From the NCBI GenBank assembly GCA_002423385.1, contig DIVV01000225.1, forward strand, positions 4,109-68,108: DNA of 64,000 bases, written 5' to 3'. Positions within the stretch are counted from its first letter, which is position 1. The number at the start of each line of letters is the position of its first letter. The stretch is from a bacterium UBP16_UBA6123. GTDB lineage: Bacteria > Muiribacteriota > UBA9980. Under the pieces are notes generated by a model, which did no database searches, was not told where the DNA came from, and saw only the letters and a list, made by a program, of their open reading frames with translations. This document shows, in pieces, positions 10,416 to 19,769 of the stretch. Position numbers and translations under genes: made by a program.

Positions 10416-11699
10416 TTGGAACAGGTTTCTTTTTCATGGCTTGTATATGTAATAATGCTCATAATGATCGCCGTTTCCAGAATGCACAAATCTGTTATAG
10501 CGATGACGGCGGGCGTAATTTTCTTTATTTCAAGATACGTTACCGTCGGCGACGTAGCTAAATACAGCCTTATAAATCTTGACTTTATAATCACCATAAC
10601 CGGCATGTCGATCATAGCCAGTTTTATGAAGCATTCCGGCATATTCCAGTTTTTAGTCCTTAAAGCCGTCAGAAAAAGCAAATGGAAACCTGATCTATTG
10701 ACCAGAAATATCTGTGTAGTGATACTGGCGCTGTCCGCTTTTTTTTGCGACAGGATAGCGGTTGTTTTAATGTTTCCGATAGTCGCCTTCATTTTCGATT
10801 CGCTCGATCTTGAATTCAACAATACCATAATGGGCGCGCTTAATTCCGCTTCTTTAGGCGGCGTTCTTCTTTCAATAAGCGGCGCGGAAGTAATATTGAT
10901 ATCTAGCGCGGCTAATATAACTTTTATCGATTATTTATATTTTATAACCCCCGCCCTGCTGGTTGTTTTCTTTCTCTACATACTCTACATACAATTTTTC
11001 ATGCGCGGCGAAAATAACGATGACATAAAAACCGCGGACGTTTCTTTAATAAAATTTAACGAAGAAATGGCAATTTCAGGCCCCAATCTTTTTTCAAAAT
11101 TGCTTTTGATTTTAATTTCCACGATAACCATGCTCTGCTTTTCAAAAATTTTAGGCCTCTCCGATTCGGTTATAATAATAACCGGCGCCATTCTCTTATT
11201 TTTAACTATAGAACTCGAACCCGATAAAGTTTTAAAAGAGATAAAACTTAATATCTTCTTTTATATATTAGGCCTGCAGATAGTGGCCGCCGCTTTTTAC
11301 AAATACCACATATACGAAACTTTAGCCGAACAATTAATTATTCTTTTCGGTTTTAACGGATTTTACATCTGCGTATTCATTCTGATATCCGGCGCTTTAT
11401 TATCGCTTGCATTCGGAAGGCTTTCAATGAGTTTTCTCTTCATTCCGGTTATTTCAATATTAGTAAAACTCGGTTTACAGCCCATGGCGCTTTATTCGTC
11501 ATTCGTTTTTTCGATGGCCTTCGCGCGCTCGCCTACCATGCTCCGTGAAATACCTAAAGTATTAAAAAATACTCACATAGAAGAAAAACGCGTCTGGGAA
11601 CATTATTTTAAATTATTCAAAGAAACCGCGGCGATATATTTCATATGTTTCGTATGGTTCGTTTTATACGTATATCTCAGATTTTTTTATAACGCTTAA
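10416..11699 (+). CDS. polytopic permease (ArsB/NhaD/CitMHS-type ion transporter superfamily, tentative)
   Basis: 427-aa ORF with about 10-12 hydrophobic segments, 3 nt after the CBS gene. The family call is tentative. Confidence 0.55.
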   Translation: MEQVSFSWLVYVIMLIMIAVSRMHKSVIAMTAGVIFFISRYVTVGDVAKYSLINLDFIITITGMSIIASFMKHSGIFQFLVLKAVRKSKWKPDLLTRNICVVILALSAFFCDRIAVVLMFPIVAFIFDSLDLEFNNTIMGALNSASLGGVLLSISGAEVILISSAANITFIDYLYFITPALLVVFFLYILYIQFFMRGENNDDIKTADVSLIKFNEEMAISGPNLFSKLLLILISTITMLCFSKILGLSDSVIIITGAILLFLTIELEPDKVLKEIKLNIFFYILGLQIVAAAFYKYHIYETLAEQLIILFGFNGFYICVFILISGALLSLAFGRLSMSFLFIPVISILVKLGLQPMALYSSFVFSMAFARSPTMLREIPKVLKNTHIEEKRVWEHYFKLFKETAAIYFICFVWFVLYVYLRFFYNA

Positions 11700-11758
11700 T
11701 ATATAAGCGGCCGCATCATATAAACGGGTTTAAAAATAAATAAACGGGCGGGTGATAT

Positions 11759-13594
11759 ATGTTCAAAGATTTTAATATACAGAATTTCGGAGCGCAGGAT
11801 CAAAAAGAAGCTGCCATATCTTCTAAAATAGTTTTTTTTCCTCTGAAATCCCCGATAGAAAATAAAAACTTTAATATACTCGCCCGCGTGTTGCCCAAGT
11901 ATATATCCATGCGCCTGGAGCGTTTTAATATTTTCGAAATATTTTATGTATATTTTTTAAATAAAAATGATAACGGCGACAGCGACATATTAATATCTCT
12001 TCCCGACAGTCTTTGCGACGAAAAATTCATCGACGAATATCTTACAAAATTGAATATCGCCTGCGACATAGCCTTTTACGGCTATATAAAATCCGGCCCC
12101 GGCGGAGATAATGAAATCGAAATTGAAATCAGGTCATATTTAAAAAAGTCCAATAAATCTTCTATAATTTATTCTGATGTTTTTAATATAAAAGAAATCA
12201 ATCGTAAGACGGGTGAAATATCGAATAAAATATCGTTAGCATCCGATTATGAAGGCGACTGCCTTACAAGCGAAGAGCACGAATCGCTTCGCAAATGTGA
12301 AACCGATTCCTTCGAAGCCCTCTATGATTATTTCGAAATAATAGATGCCCTTACTTTAAGAAATCCTTATACTCCTCTGCCAGAATCTCTTATAGAAGAA
12401 TGTTTCGAGGCGCTTAAAGGCGATAAAAATTTCAGTTATTTAATAGACGCGATAGCTTTTATATGCGACGATTTTTTAAGGTTCGATATGATCGATAAAG
12501 CCCTCTGGATATGCGATGAAACAATTAAAATTTCCGGGGCCGCTTATAAAATCTATTTAGGCAAGGCTAAAATACTTCTTAATTCAAACGATATAGAAGG
12601 CGCTTTTAAAACTCTTCGTGAATGCCTCGATCTTAATCCCGACATAGGCGACGTTGCGTATAATTTTGGAAAATTAGCCCTGAGTATACAAAAAAACGAA
12701 GACGCCAGATTCGCTTTTAATAAAATGATCGAATGCTGTTATAACGTATCGGCCGCCTACGATAATCTCGGCGTAATGGCAGCCGCCGAAAATAATATAG
12801 AGCAGTCGATAAATTTCTGGCATAAAGCCATAGAGTTCGAGCCTTCTAAAGTATCCGCCTACACTAATTTAGCCCGCGCCTATATAGAGCTCGGCGATTT
12901 CCTCAAAGCTGAAAACTACCTGCAGAAAGCCAAACTGCTTAACCCATCCTACTTTATGATATATCTTAATTATCATGTGCTTTATAAAATAAAAGGCGAT
13001 ATGCCCGAGGCCGAAAAAAACTACCGCCTCGCCCTGGAGCACAACCCGGATTTGGCCATTACCGATGAAATACGCGCTGAATTAAAAAAAATGATAACTT
13101 TAATAGACTCCGGCAACGAAAACGAAGCGCTCGCAATAAGCGCAAATATCAGCGAAATGACCGACAAATGCTGGCAGTCTTATTTTTTGAACGGAATAGC
13201 CCTCAGAAAACTTAAGCGAATTGACGAAGCCGAGCAGAATTTTTTGAAATCGGCCCAGATAAATCCAAAATTCGCCGACGCCCAGAACGAGCTGGGCCTT
13301 ATTTATCTTTCAAAAGGCATACTGGATGAAGCTTTAATGCTTTTCAACAATTCCGTTTCACTCGCGCCCTCAAACGCTGGATTCATGTGTAATTTAGGAC
13401 TCTGCCTCATTGAAATGAAAAATTATGAACAGGCCCGAAATACTTTTTACAAAGCTAAATATTTAAATCCAAATGATACAAAAATCGATGAATGTATGAA
13501 TTTTTTAAATAAACGCTCGGACGCTCCTGATGTGAATAATAAGGCCGGATTAAAAGGGTTTTTAAATAAAATAAAAAATCTATTTAAAAAATAG
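11759..13594 (+). CDS. TPR repeat protein
   Basis: 611-aa ORF. The C-terminal two thirds consist of repeated 34-aa TPR-like units (A..YNLG......A...F.KA..L.P). Confidence 0.8.
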   Translation: MFKDFNIQNFGAQDQKEAAISSKIVFFPLKSPIENKNFNILARVLPKYISMRLERFNIFEIFYVYFLNKNDNGDSDILISLPDSLCDEKFIDEYLTKLNIACDIAFYGYIKSGPGGDNEIEIEIRSYLKKSNKSSIIYSDVFNIKEINRKTGEISNKISLASDYEGDCLTSEEHESLRKCETDSFEALYDYFEIIDALTLRNPYTPLPESLIEECFEALKGDKNFSYLIDAIAFICDDFLRFDMIDKALWICDETIKISGAAYKIYLGKAKILLNSNDIEGAFKTLRECLDLNPDIGDVAYNFGKLALSIQKNEDARFAFNKMIECCYNVSAAYDNLGVMAAAENNIEQSINFWHKAIEFEPSKVSAYTNLARAYIELGDFLKAENYLQKAKLLNPSYFMIYLNYHVLYKIKGDMPEAEKNYRLALEHNPDLAITDEIRAELKKMITLIDSGNENEALAISANISEMTDKCWQSYFLNGIALRKLKRIDEAEQNFLKSAQINPKFADAQNELGLIYLSKGILDEALMLFNNSVSLAPSNAGFMCNLGLCLIEMKNYEQARNTFYKAKYLNPNDTKIDECMNFLNKRSDAPDVNNKAGLKGFLNKIKNLFKK

Positions 13595-13710
13595 TGACAT
13601 TTTTTTAGTAAATTTTAAAAAAAATGTTGTAAATAACATATAGTTTATGATACAATTGCATATAAATTATTAAATAATTTAAAAATTTATTTAAATTAAG
13701 GAGCTGTATT

Positions 13711-14532
13711 ATGAAAAAAGGCGTTTGCGCAACTAAAGGAAGAGAAGAGATAATAGCTAAAAGGTATAAAGAAATAAGCGACATAGTTAAAAAAAATGCA
13801 TCTGATAAAGTCGAAAAAGTTATAAAAAATATAGCGAATATTTCCAGAAGCGCATGGTATAAATGTATTTCAAAAGGCCCAAGAAAAGGTCTGGTATCCA
13901 ATTCCGTAATATCAAAATTCGCTAAATTTTCAGGCCTGTCCGAAGATATTTTTTCAGGTAAAACGGATTTCACTGCCGAAGATAAAAAAATCCTCGCCGA
14001 TAAAATAAAAGAAGCGTTCGGAAAAGATAAAGCTGATAAAAAAGAAATGGAAGTTAAAAAAGATAAAACCAAAAGACAATACAATAAAAAGATAAAAAAA
14101 GAAGATAAAACGGTTGAAAAAATCGTCTCATCTGAAAAATCATCATCACCGGTTAAAATCAAAAGACAGTATAAAAAAAGAGTTATAAAAGACGGCGTTT
14201 TCAAATCCGCGGTTGAATTAGCCGAAATGTCAAATGAAATAGCCGAAACACCGGCTAAGTTAACCGAAACGCCGACTGAAATAGTTAAAGAAAAAAGACA
14301 ATACAACAAATCAGCTAAAATGCCTGTTGAAATAGTTAAAGAAAAAAGGCCGTACAACAAATCCGTAAAAACGATAAGCGGTTTATCGGTTAATAAATTG
14401 AAAGAATTCGCTTCTGAAATAGAAGGATTAAAAGATATAAAACAGCTCGAATCGATATCGGAAATTTTAGAAAAATTATCTAAAATAACCGAAAAAAAGA
14501 TAGACTTCGTTTCAGCTTTAGAAGAGTTGTAA
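13711..14532 (+). CDS. Lys-rich protein with an N-terminal HTH-like region and KRQYNK repeats (possible nucleoid-associated or DNA-binding protein)
   Basis: 273-aa ORF. RBS AAGGAG lies 7 nt upstream of the ATG and a terminator follows at 14600-14635. The motif (K)RQY(N/K)K occurs 4 times, including a 17-aa tandem EIVKEKRQYNKSAKMPV / EIVKEKRPYNKSVKTIS. Confidence 0.65.
   Translation: MKKGVCATKGREEIIAKRYKEISDIVKKNASDKVEKVIKNIANISRSAWYKCISKGPRKGLVSNSVISKFAKFSGLSEDIFSGKTDFTAEDKKILADKIKEAFGKDKADKKEMEVKKDKTKRQYNKKIKKEDKTVEKIVSSEKSSSPVKIKRQYKKRVIKDGVFKSAVELAEMSNEIAETPAKLTETPTEIVKEKRQYNKSAKMPVEIVKEKRPYNKSVKTISGLSVNKLKEFASEIEGLKDIKQLESISEILEKLSKITEKKIDFVSALEEL
14278..14379 (+). repeat. 51-bp tandem coding repeat (2 copies) inside the Lys-rich gene
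   Basis: GAAATAGTTAAAGAAAAAAGACAATACAACAAATC at 14278 and GAAATAGTTAAAGAAAAAAGGCCGTACAACAAATC at 14329. Confidence 0.8.
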
Positions 14533-14599
14533 TTTAGAATATTATCTAAAATACTCTCAAATAAGCAGTTTAATATATTTTCAATTAATTGATAAATTA

Positions 14600-14635
14600 A
14601 TGTGCCGCGTTTTTTATTGCGGCACATGTTTTTTA
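14600..14635 (+). terminator. Rho-independent terminator
   Basis: Perfect 9-bp stem ATGTGCCGC / GCGGCACAT with a 10-nt loop, followed by GTTTTTT. Confidence 0.75.
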
Positions 14636-14706
14636 TAAGTATCATGTTACAGGGTAAGTTTTTAATGCCAAATAAATTAATCATAAAGGCGGATAGTATT
14701 TAAATT

Positions 14707-15948
14707 ATGGATAATCAAAATATCGAAGAAATTAAAATCGATCAAAGATCTTATTTTAAAAAAGCTGGATGGATTTTATGGATAATTCCCCTGGTTCTTA
14801 TCGTACTTTTATTTATTTTCATACCTTTAATACAGTCTAAAATCACTAAAACCAGCGCTGGAAAGCCAGTTTTCGTAGTATCGCAGGGTTTCGGAAAAGT
14901 AGAAAACGTTTTCGTTAAAAAAGGGGATTTTATCGAGCCGGGAAAAGAGCTGTGCAGTTTCATGGCAACCGATACCGACGGAAGCGTTCCGGCTTCAGAC
15001 ACCGGTGAAATAGCCGTCGATATAACGGTTAAAGCCGTCGAAGGCAGGCAGTTCGACGATATGGTCGAGCTTCCAGGCGTAATCAGCGCCTATACCGAAG
15101 CCAATTTATCGGCGCAGGTTTCAGGAAAGATACTCGAGTTTTCGGTTAAAGAAGGAGATTTAGTTAAAAAAGGGGATTTAATAGTTAAAATAGACAGACG
15201 TGATTATCAAATAGCGCTTAACCGCGAGGGCGCCGAATTCGAATTTTCTAAAAATGAATTCAACCGCTCGGAACAGTTACTGAAAAGCAATGCTATTAAT
15301 TTATCCAACCATGAATCTAAAAAGAATGAATATCTTATCAAGCAATCCGCTTATGACAACGCTAAATTAGCCTTCGAACGCTGCGAGATAGTCGCGCCTT
15401 TCGACGGAATAGTCGATAAAAAATTCTCGGAAGCCGGTGAAATAGCTTCACCCGGCATGCGTTTGGCTAAAATCATCGATATTTCAAAAGTAAAAGTGAA
15501 TGTCGGCATACCAGAAAAAGATATAGCGCATGTCAGGGGATTAAAAAATATAAAATTCAGCGTACCGTCGCTCAATAATAAAGAATTCAGCGGTGAATTC
15601 AAAAATATAGTCATGTCTATGATCGAGATAGCAAAAGTATATCCGCTTATAATCGAAGTGGATAATTCATCGCGCGATTTATTGCCAGGCATGATAGTCA
15701 AATCTAAGATTATCCGCGCGTCTTATCAAAGCGCCGTACTGCTCCCTATTTTTTCGGTTATACCCGGCGACGACGAATATTATACTTATGTAATAAACTC
15801 CGGCAGAGCGGAAAAACGCGTCTTAAAAATAGGCTCGTTCCAGGATAAAAACGTTCACATAACTCAAGGCCTGACCCCTGGCGATATGCTTATAGACAAA
15901 GGCAATAAGCTCGTTACGCACGGCTGTAAGGTAAGAGTGGTTAACTAA
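14707..15948 (+). CDS. efflux RND transporter periplasmic adaptor subunit (MFP/HlyD family)
   Basis: 413-aa ORF with an N-terminal TM anchor, a biotinyl/lipoyl-like hairpin (..VKEGDLVKKGDLIVKID..) and a coiled-coil. Immediately upstream of an RND pump. Confidence 0.85.
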   Translation: MDNQNIEEIKIDQRSYFKKAGWILWIIPLVLIVLLFIFIPLIQSKITKTSAGKPVFVVSQGFGKVENVFVKKGDFIEPGKELCSFMATDTDGSVPASDTGEIAVDITVKAVEGRQFDDMVELPGVISAYTEANLSAQVSGKILEFSVKEGDLVKKGDLIVKIDRRDYQIALNREGAEFEFSKNEFNRSEQLLKSNAINLSNHESKKNEYLIKQSAYDNAKLAFERCEIVAPFDGIVDKKFSEAGEIASPGMRLAKIIDISKVKVNVGIPEKDIAHVRGLKNIKFSVPSLNNKEFSGEFKNIVMSMIEIAKVYPLIIEVDNSSRDLLPGMIVKSKIIRASYQSAVLLPIFSVIPGDDEYYTYVINSGRAEKRVLKIGSFQDKNVHITQGLTPGDMLIDKGNKLVTHGCKVRVVN

Positions 15949-15971
15949 GCCTTTTATAAAAGGAGAATAAA

Positions 15972-18900
15972 GTGTATATAAGCGATCTATCGGTTAAAAA
16001 CCGCATCAGCATTTTCGTTCTGTCAATCATCATAGCTGTTTTCGGTTTTATCAGCTACGTCAAACTGCCGCGTGAAAGCGAGCCCGACGTTAAAATCCCA
16101 TACGTTTTCGTTTCGACTTCATATCGCGGCGTGGCGCCAGGCGATATCGAAACTTCGATTACCATTAAAATAGAAGAAAAACTCAAAGGCGTCAAAAACG
16201 TCAAGAAAATAAAATCTAAATCTAGCGAGGGCTCGAGCCTTATAGTAGTCGAATTCGTCACCGGCACCGATATTGACGACGCCGTCAAATGGGTCAAAGA
16301 TAAAGTCGATATGGCAAAACGCGAACTGCCTTCCGATCTCGAAGACGACCCTTCGGTTTTTGAAGTCAACATATCCGAAATGCCTATTTTAGTGCTCGCT
16401 ATTTCAGGCAATATGGGCCTGCGCGAACTTAAAGAAGTCGCTAAAGGCATAAAAGATGATATAGAAGGCATACAGGGCGTTCTCGAAGTTGAACTCGCCG
16501 GCGGCCGCGAACGCGAAATACATATAGAAGTCGATCCCGACCTTCTTGCCGGAAACGGAATACCTTTCACATCGCTTTACTCGAGCATATCTTCCGAAAA
16601 CCAGAACGTGTCGGGCGGTAATATAGCCATGGGCGACGGCCGTTATCAGGTGCGCGTACCCGGCGAATTTAAAAATATCGATGAATTCAATAATTTAATA
16701 GTAACCGTTATCAACGGCTCCCCCATTTATTTAAGCGATATAGCCATGATAAGCGATTCGTATAAAGACATAACCAGCAATTCGAGTTTTAATTTCAAAA
16801 ATTCCGTCAATCTATACGTCAAAAAACGCGTCGGAGAAAATATTATTAAAATAGTCGATCAGACGCTTTCAATGCTCGATAATAATAAAGCCGGGCTTCC
16901 TCAGGGCGTTACTATAACTAAAATTATGGACCGCTCAAAAGACGTTCGCATGATGGTAGATGATCTTGAAAATAACATATATACCGGCCTCGTGCTTGTA
17001 ATTGCCGTTCTTATGTTCTCGATGGGTCTCAGAAACGCCTTTCTGGTAAGTATTTCAATCCCGCTTTCAATGCTGCTCAGCTTTATAGCGCTAAGGGCTA
17101 TGAACATCACTTTAAATATGGTAACCCTTTTCAGCCTTATATTGGCGCTCGGAATGCTCGTAGATAACGCTATCGTTATCATCGAAAATATTTACCGTTT
17201 CATGGGCCAGGGTATTCCGCGAGTCCGGGCGGCGATGCTGGCTACCGGCGAAGTGGCTATGCCCGTTATTATGTCCACGTTAACCACCGTCGTAGCGTTT
17301 CTTCCGCTTTTATTCTGGCCGGGAATAATGGGCGAATTTATGTTTTATCTGCCGGCCACTTTAATAACCACTCTCGTTTCATGTCTTTTCGTGGCGCTTG
17401 TAATCAATCCCGTTTTCAGTTCGGTTTTTATGAAAGTAAAAAATCAGGTCGCCGATAACGCCGTCATCGACGAAGATAATATTTTAAAAGCCGGTGAAAA
17501 ACCCATTCAAAATTATGGTTTTATAATATCGACTTATAGCTATATTTTAAAACTCGCTTTAAATGCGCGCGTTGCCGTTCTGCTATCGGCCGTTTTGAGC
17601 TTAATCCTCTGTTTCTGCTTCTGGCTTTACAGGACCGGAATCGAACGGCCGGTTGAATTTTTTCCGACAATGGACCCGACGACATGCTATGTTAACATAG
17701 AACCGCCCGAAGGCACCGATATGAACACGCTGCAAGAAGTTGCCGCCGAGATTGAAAAAAGAATAGTGTCTTTTGAAAACATGCCGGAAAAATTCAAAAC
17801 CGAAATTGCTAAGGCTCCCATTTTAAGTGATGCAAAAATAAAAGAATTTAAAAAATTCAAAAAAGAACAGGGAATTGAAAATGAAAAAGCCGTAAGCGAC
17901 CTTTTGACCATTCGCCATGTTTACTCAAAACTCACAAGCGTCACCAGCGGCGGCGTAGGCGGTTTCGAACAGAATTCGCCAAACCACATAGGAATTCAGT
18001 TTCACGATTTTGAAGGCCGCGTCGAATCCTCTAAAGATACTATGGACAGGATTCGTGAGCGGTTAAAAGGAATAGCCGGCGTCAATATATTTTTAGCGGA
18101 AAATCAGGATGGCCCGCCTACCGGACCGCCTATCAACATTGAAATTTCAGGCGACAATTTCGATGCGCTCGGTATGATATCCGATAAAATAAAAGAAGTT
18201 CTTAAAAACATACCGCACGTCAAAGATATCGAAGACGATTACGTTAAAGGCACGCCTAATTTCGAATTCGTCGTCGACCGCAAGAAAGCCGGAATGTACG
18301 GCCTTACCGTCGGTTCTATCGGAAGCGTCATTAAAACCGCCATTAATGGCTGGAAAGTATCGACATACCGTGAAGGAAACGACAGTTACGACATAGTCAT
18401 TAAAATGAAAAACGCCTACAGGCGCGATATCGATTTTTTTAAAAAATTATTCATACCGACGCCTCAGTTCGGACTGGTGCCGCTCGCCGATCTTATAACA
18501 GTCAATTATACCGGCGGGTTCGGCTCAATTAATCGCATTAACAATCAGCGCGTTGTTACCGTAAAAGCGAAGGTCGATACAAATAAAATACCGGGAGCGA
18601 CGGTGCGGACTATAGCCGAAAAAATGCTCAAAAGATATGAACTGCCTCCGGGATATACGGTTAAATTCACGGGTGAAAATCAGGAACAGGACGACGCTCA
18701 GGAGTTTTTAGGCGAGGCTTTCGCCATAGCGCTCGGCTTTATATTTTTCGTTCTGGTAATGCAGTTTAATTCGATATCGCATACGCTCATTATTATGATA
18801 TCGGTACTTCTATCGCTTGGCGGAGCATTTCTCGGCCTGGGCATATCCAATATACCTTTCGGCATAATAATGACGGGTATCGGCGTTATATCGCTCGCCG

Positions 18901-19253
18901 GCGTCGTAGTCAATAACGCCATAGTGCTTATCGATTATATTAACCAGCTCATCCAGCGAGGCTACGAGCTCACCGACGCGGTTGTTTTCGCCGGCCAGAC
19001 AAGATTCCGGCCCGTGCTTCTTACCGCGATAACTACCATTCTCGGTTTGCTGCCTATGATAACCGGAGTATCTTACGATTTCAAGCGAATGAGACTGCTC
19101 ACCTCGTCGGAATCCACTTTCTGGTGGTATTCGATGGCCGTGGTAGTGGCTTATGGCCTTGCTTTCGCCACGGTACTGACTCTGATAGTAGTGCCGGTTT
19201 TATATCATATAATCACCGACGCTAAAAACAGGATCGCGAAATTGTTTTCATAA
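15972..19253 (+). CDS. RND efflux permease (AcrB/AcrD/AcrF family)
   Basis: 1093-aa ORF with a GTG start, 12-TM RND architecture and conserved VDNAIVIIENI and NNAIVLIDY blocks. Confidence 0.93.
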   Translation: MYISDLSVKNRISIFVLSIIIAVFGFISYVKLPRESEPDVKIPYVFVSTSYRGVAPGDIETSITIKIEEKLKGVKNVKKIKSKSSEGSSLIVVEFVTGTDIDDAVKWVKDKVDMAKRELPSDLEDDPSVFEVNISEMPILVLAISGNMGLRELKEVAKGIKDDIEGIQGVLEVELAGGREREIHIEVDPDLLAGNGIPFTSLYSSISSENQNVSGGNIAMGDGRYQVRVPGEFKNIDEFNNLIVTVINGSPIYLSDIAMISDSYKDITSNSSFNFKNSVNLYVKKRVGENIIKIVDQTLSMLDNNKAGLPQGVTITKIMDRSKDVRMMVDDLENNIYTGLVLVIAVLMFSMGLRNAFLVSISIPLSMLLSFIALRAMNITLNMVTLFSLILALGMLVDNAIVIIENIYRFMGQGIPRVRAAMLATGEVAMPVIMSTLTTVVAFLPLLFWPGIMGEFMFYLPATLITTLVSCLFVALVINPVFSSVFMKVKNQVADNAVIDEDNILKAGEKPIQNYGFIISTYSYILKLALNARVAVLLSAVLSLILCFCFWLYRTGIERPVEFFPTMDPTTCYVNIEPPEGTDMNTLQEVAAEIEKRIVSFENMPEKFKTEIAKAPILSDAKIKEFKKFKKEQGIENEKAVSDLLTIRHVYSKLTSVTSGGVGGFEQNSPNHIGIQFHDFEGRVESSKDTMDRIRERLKGIAGVNIFLAENQDGPPTGPPINIEISGDNFDALGMISDKIKEVLKNIPHVKDIEDDYVKGTPNFEFVVDRKKAGMYGLTVGSIGSVIKTAINGWKVSTYREGNDSYDIVIKMKNAYRRDIDFFKKLFIPTPQFGLVPLADLITVNYTGGFGSINRINNQRVVTVKAKVDTNKIPGATVRTIAEKMLKRYELPPGYTVKFTGENQEQDDAQEFLGEAFAIALGFIFFVLVMQFNSISHTLIIMISVLLSLGGAFLGLGISNIPFGIIMTGIGVISLAGVVVNNAIVLIDYINQLIQRGYELTDAVVFAGQTRFRPVLLTAITTILGLLPMITGVSYDFKRMRLLTSSESTFWWYSMAVVVAYGLAFATVLTLIVVPVLYHIITDAKNRIAKLFS

Positions 19254-19304
19254 AAAGCGGCTGTAACGCCTGAATTAAATAATAAAAATATACGAGGCAA
19301 ATAA

Positions 19305-19727
19305 ATGGCTAACGAAGCTAAACCTTCCAAACCTATAGGATACGTAGTCGCCGCGGTAATGTTTATTTACGCGGCCTATGCGTTTTATTTCATAATCAAG
19401 GCGGTTAATTCATATAAAGGCCGGGCTGAAGGAATTATCACTAAAGTCGAAAGTTCCTTCATCCCCGGCAATCACATTTATGTAAGCCAGTTCAATAATC
19501 TGGTAAAATATGAATTCAGCGATGAAAAAGGTAATAAAATCAAAGGCGAGGCCAATTCAATGATGCTCGCCTTTGAAAAAGTAAATTCGAAAATCCTGAT
19601 ATACTACGATGAAAAATCGCCTTCTGAAAGCGTTCCATATAAAACGCTTTACGGCTATGCGGCGGCGGGATTGACGCTAGGCGTCATAGCCTCTATTTTA
19701 CTCAACTATATCGTAAAACTTACATAA
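19305..19727 (+). CDS. small membrane protein, DUF3592-like (TM - beta domain - TM)
   Basis: 140-aa ORF with an RBS (GAGG). Two terminal TM helices flank a beta-rich segment ending ..ILIYYDEKSPSES. Confidence 0.5.
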   Translation: MANEAKPSKPIGYVVAAVMFIYAAYAFYFIIKAVNSYKGRAEGIITKVESSFIPGNHIYVSQFNNLVKYEFSDEKGNKIKGEANSMMLAFEKVNSKILIYYDEKSPSESVPYKTLYGYAAAGLTLGVIASILLNYIVKLT

Positions 19728-19769
19728 AAAATAATACTTCAAAAATATTCAATTACAGAGGTAAAAATC

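Noticed and set aside
13605-14684. 359-aa minus-strand ORF spanning the whole Lys-rich gene
   Set aside because: It is the complement of an AAA/GAA-rich coding frame, so it translates to low-complexity Phe/Leu/Ser/Ile. It has no RBS. The + strand frame has AAGGAG 7 nt before its ATG and a + oriented terminator at 14600-14635.
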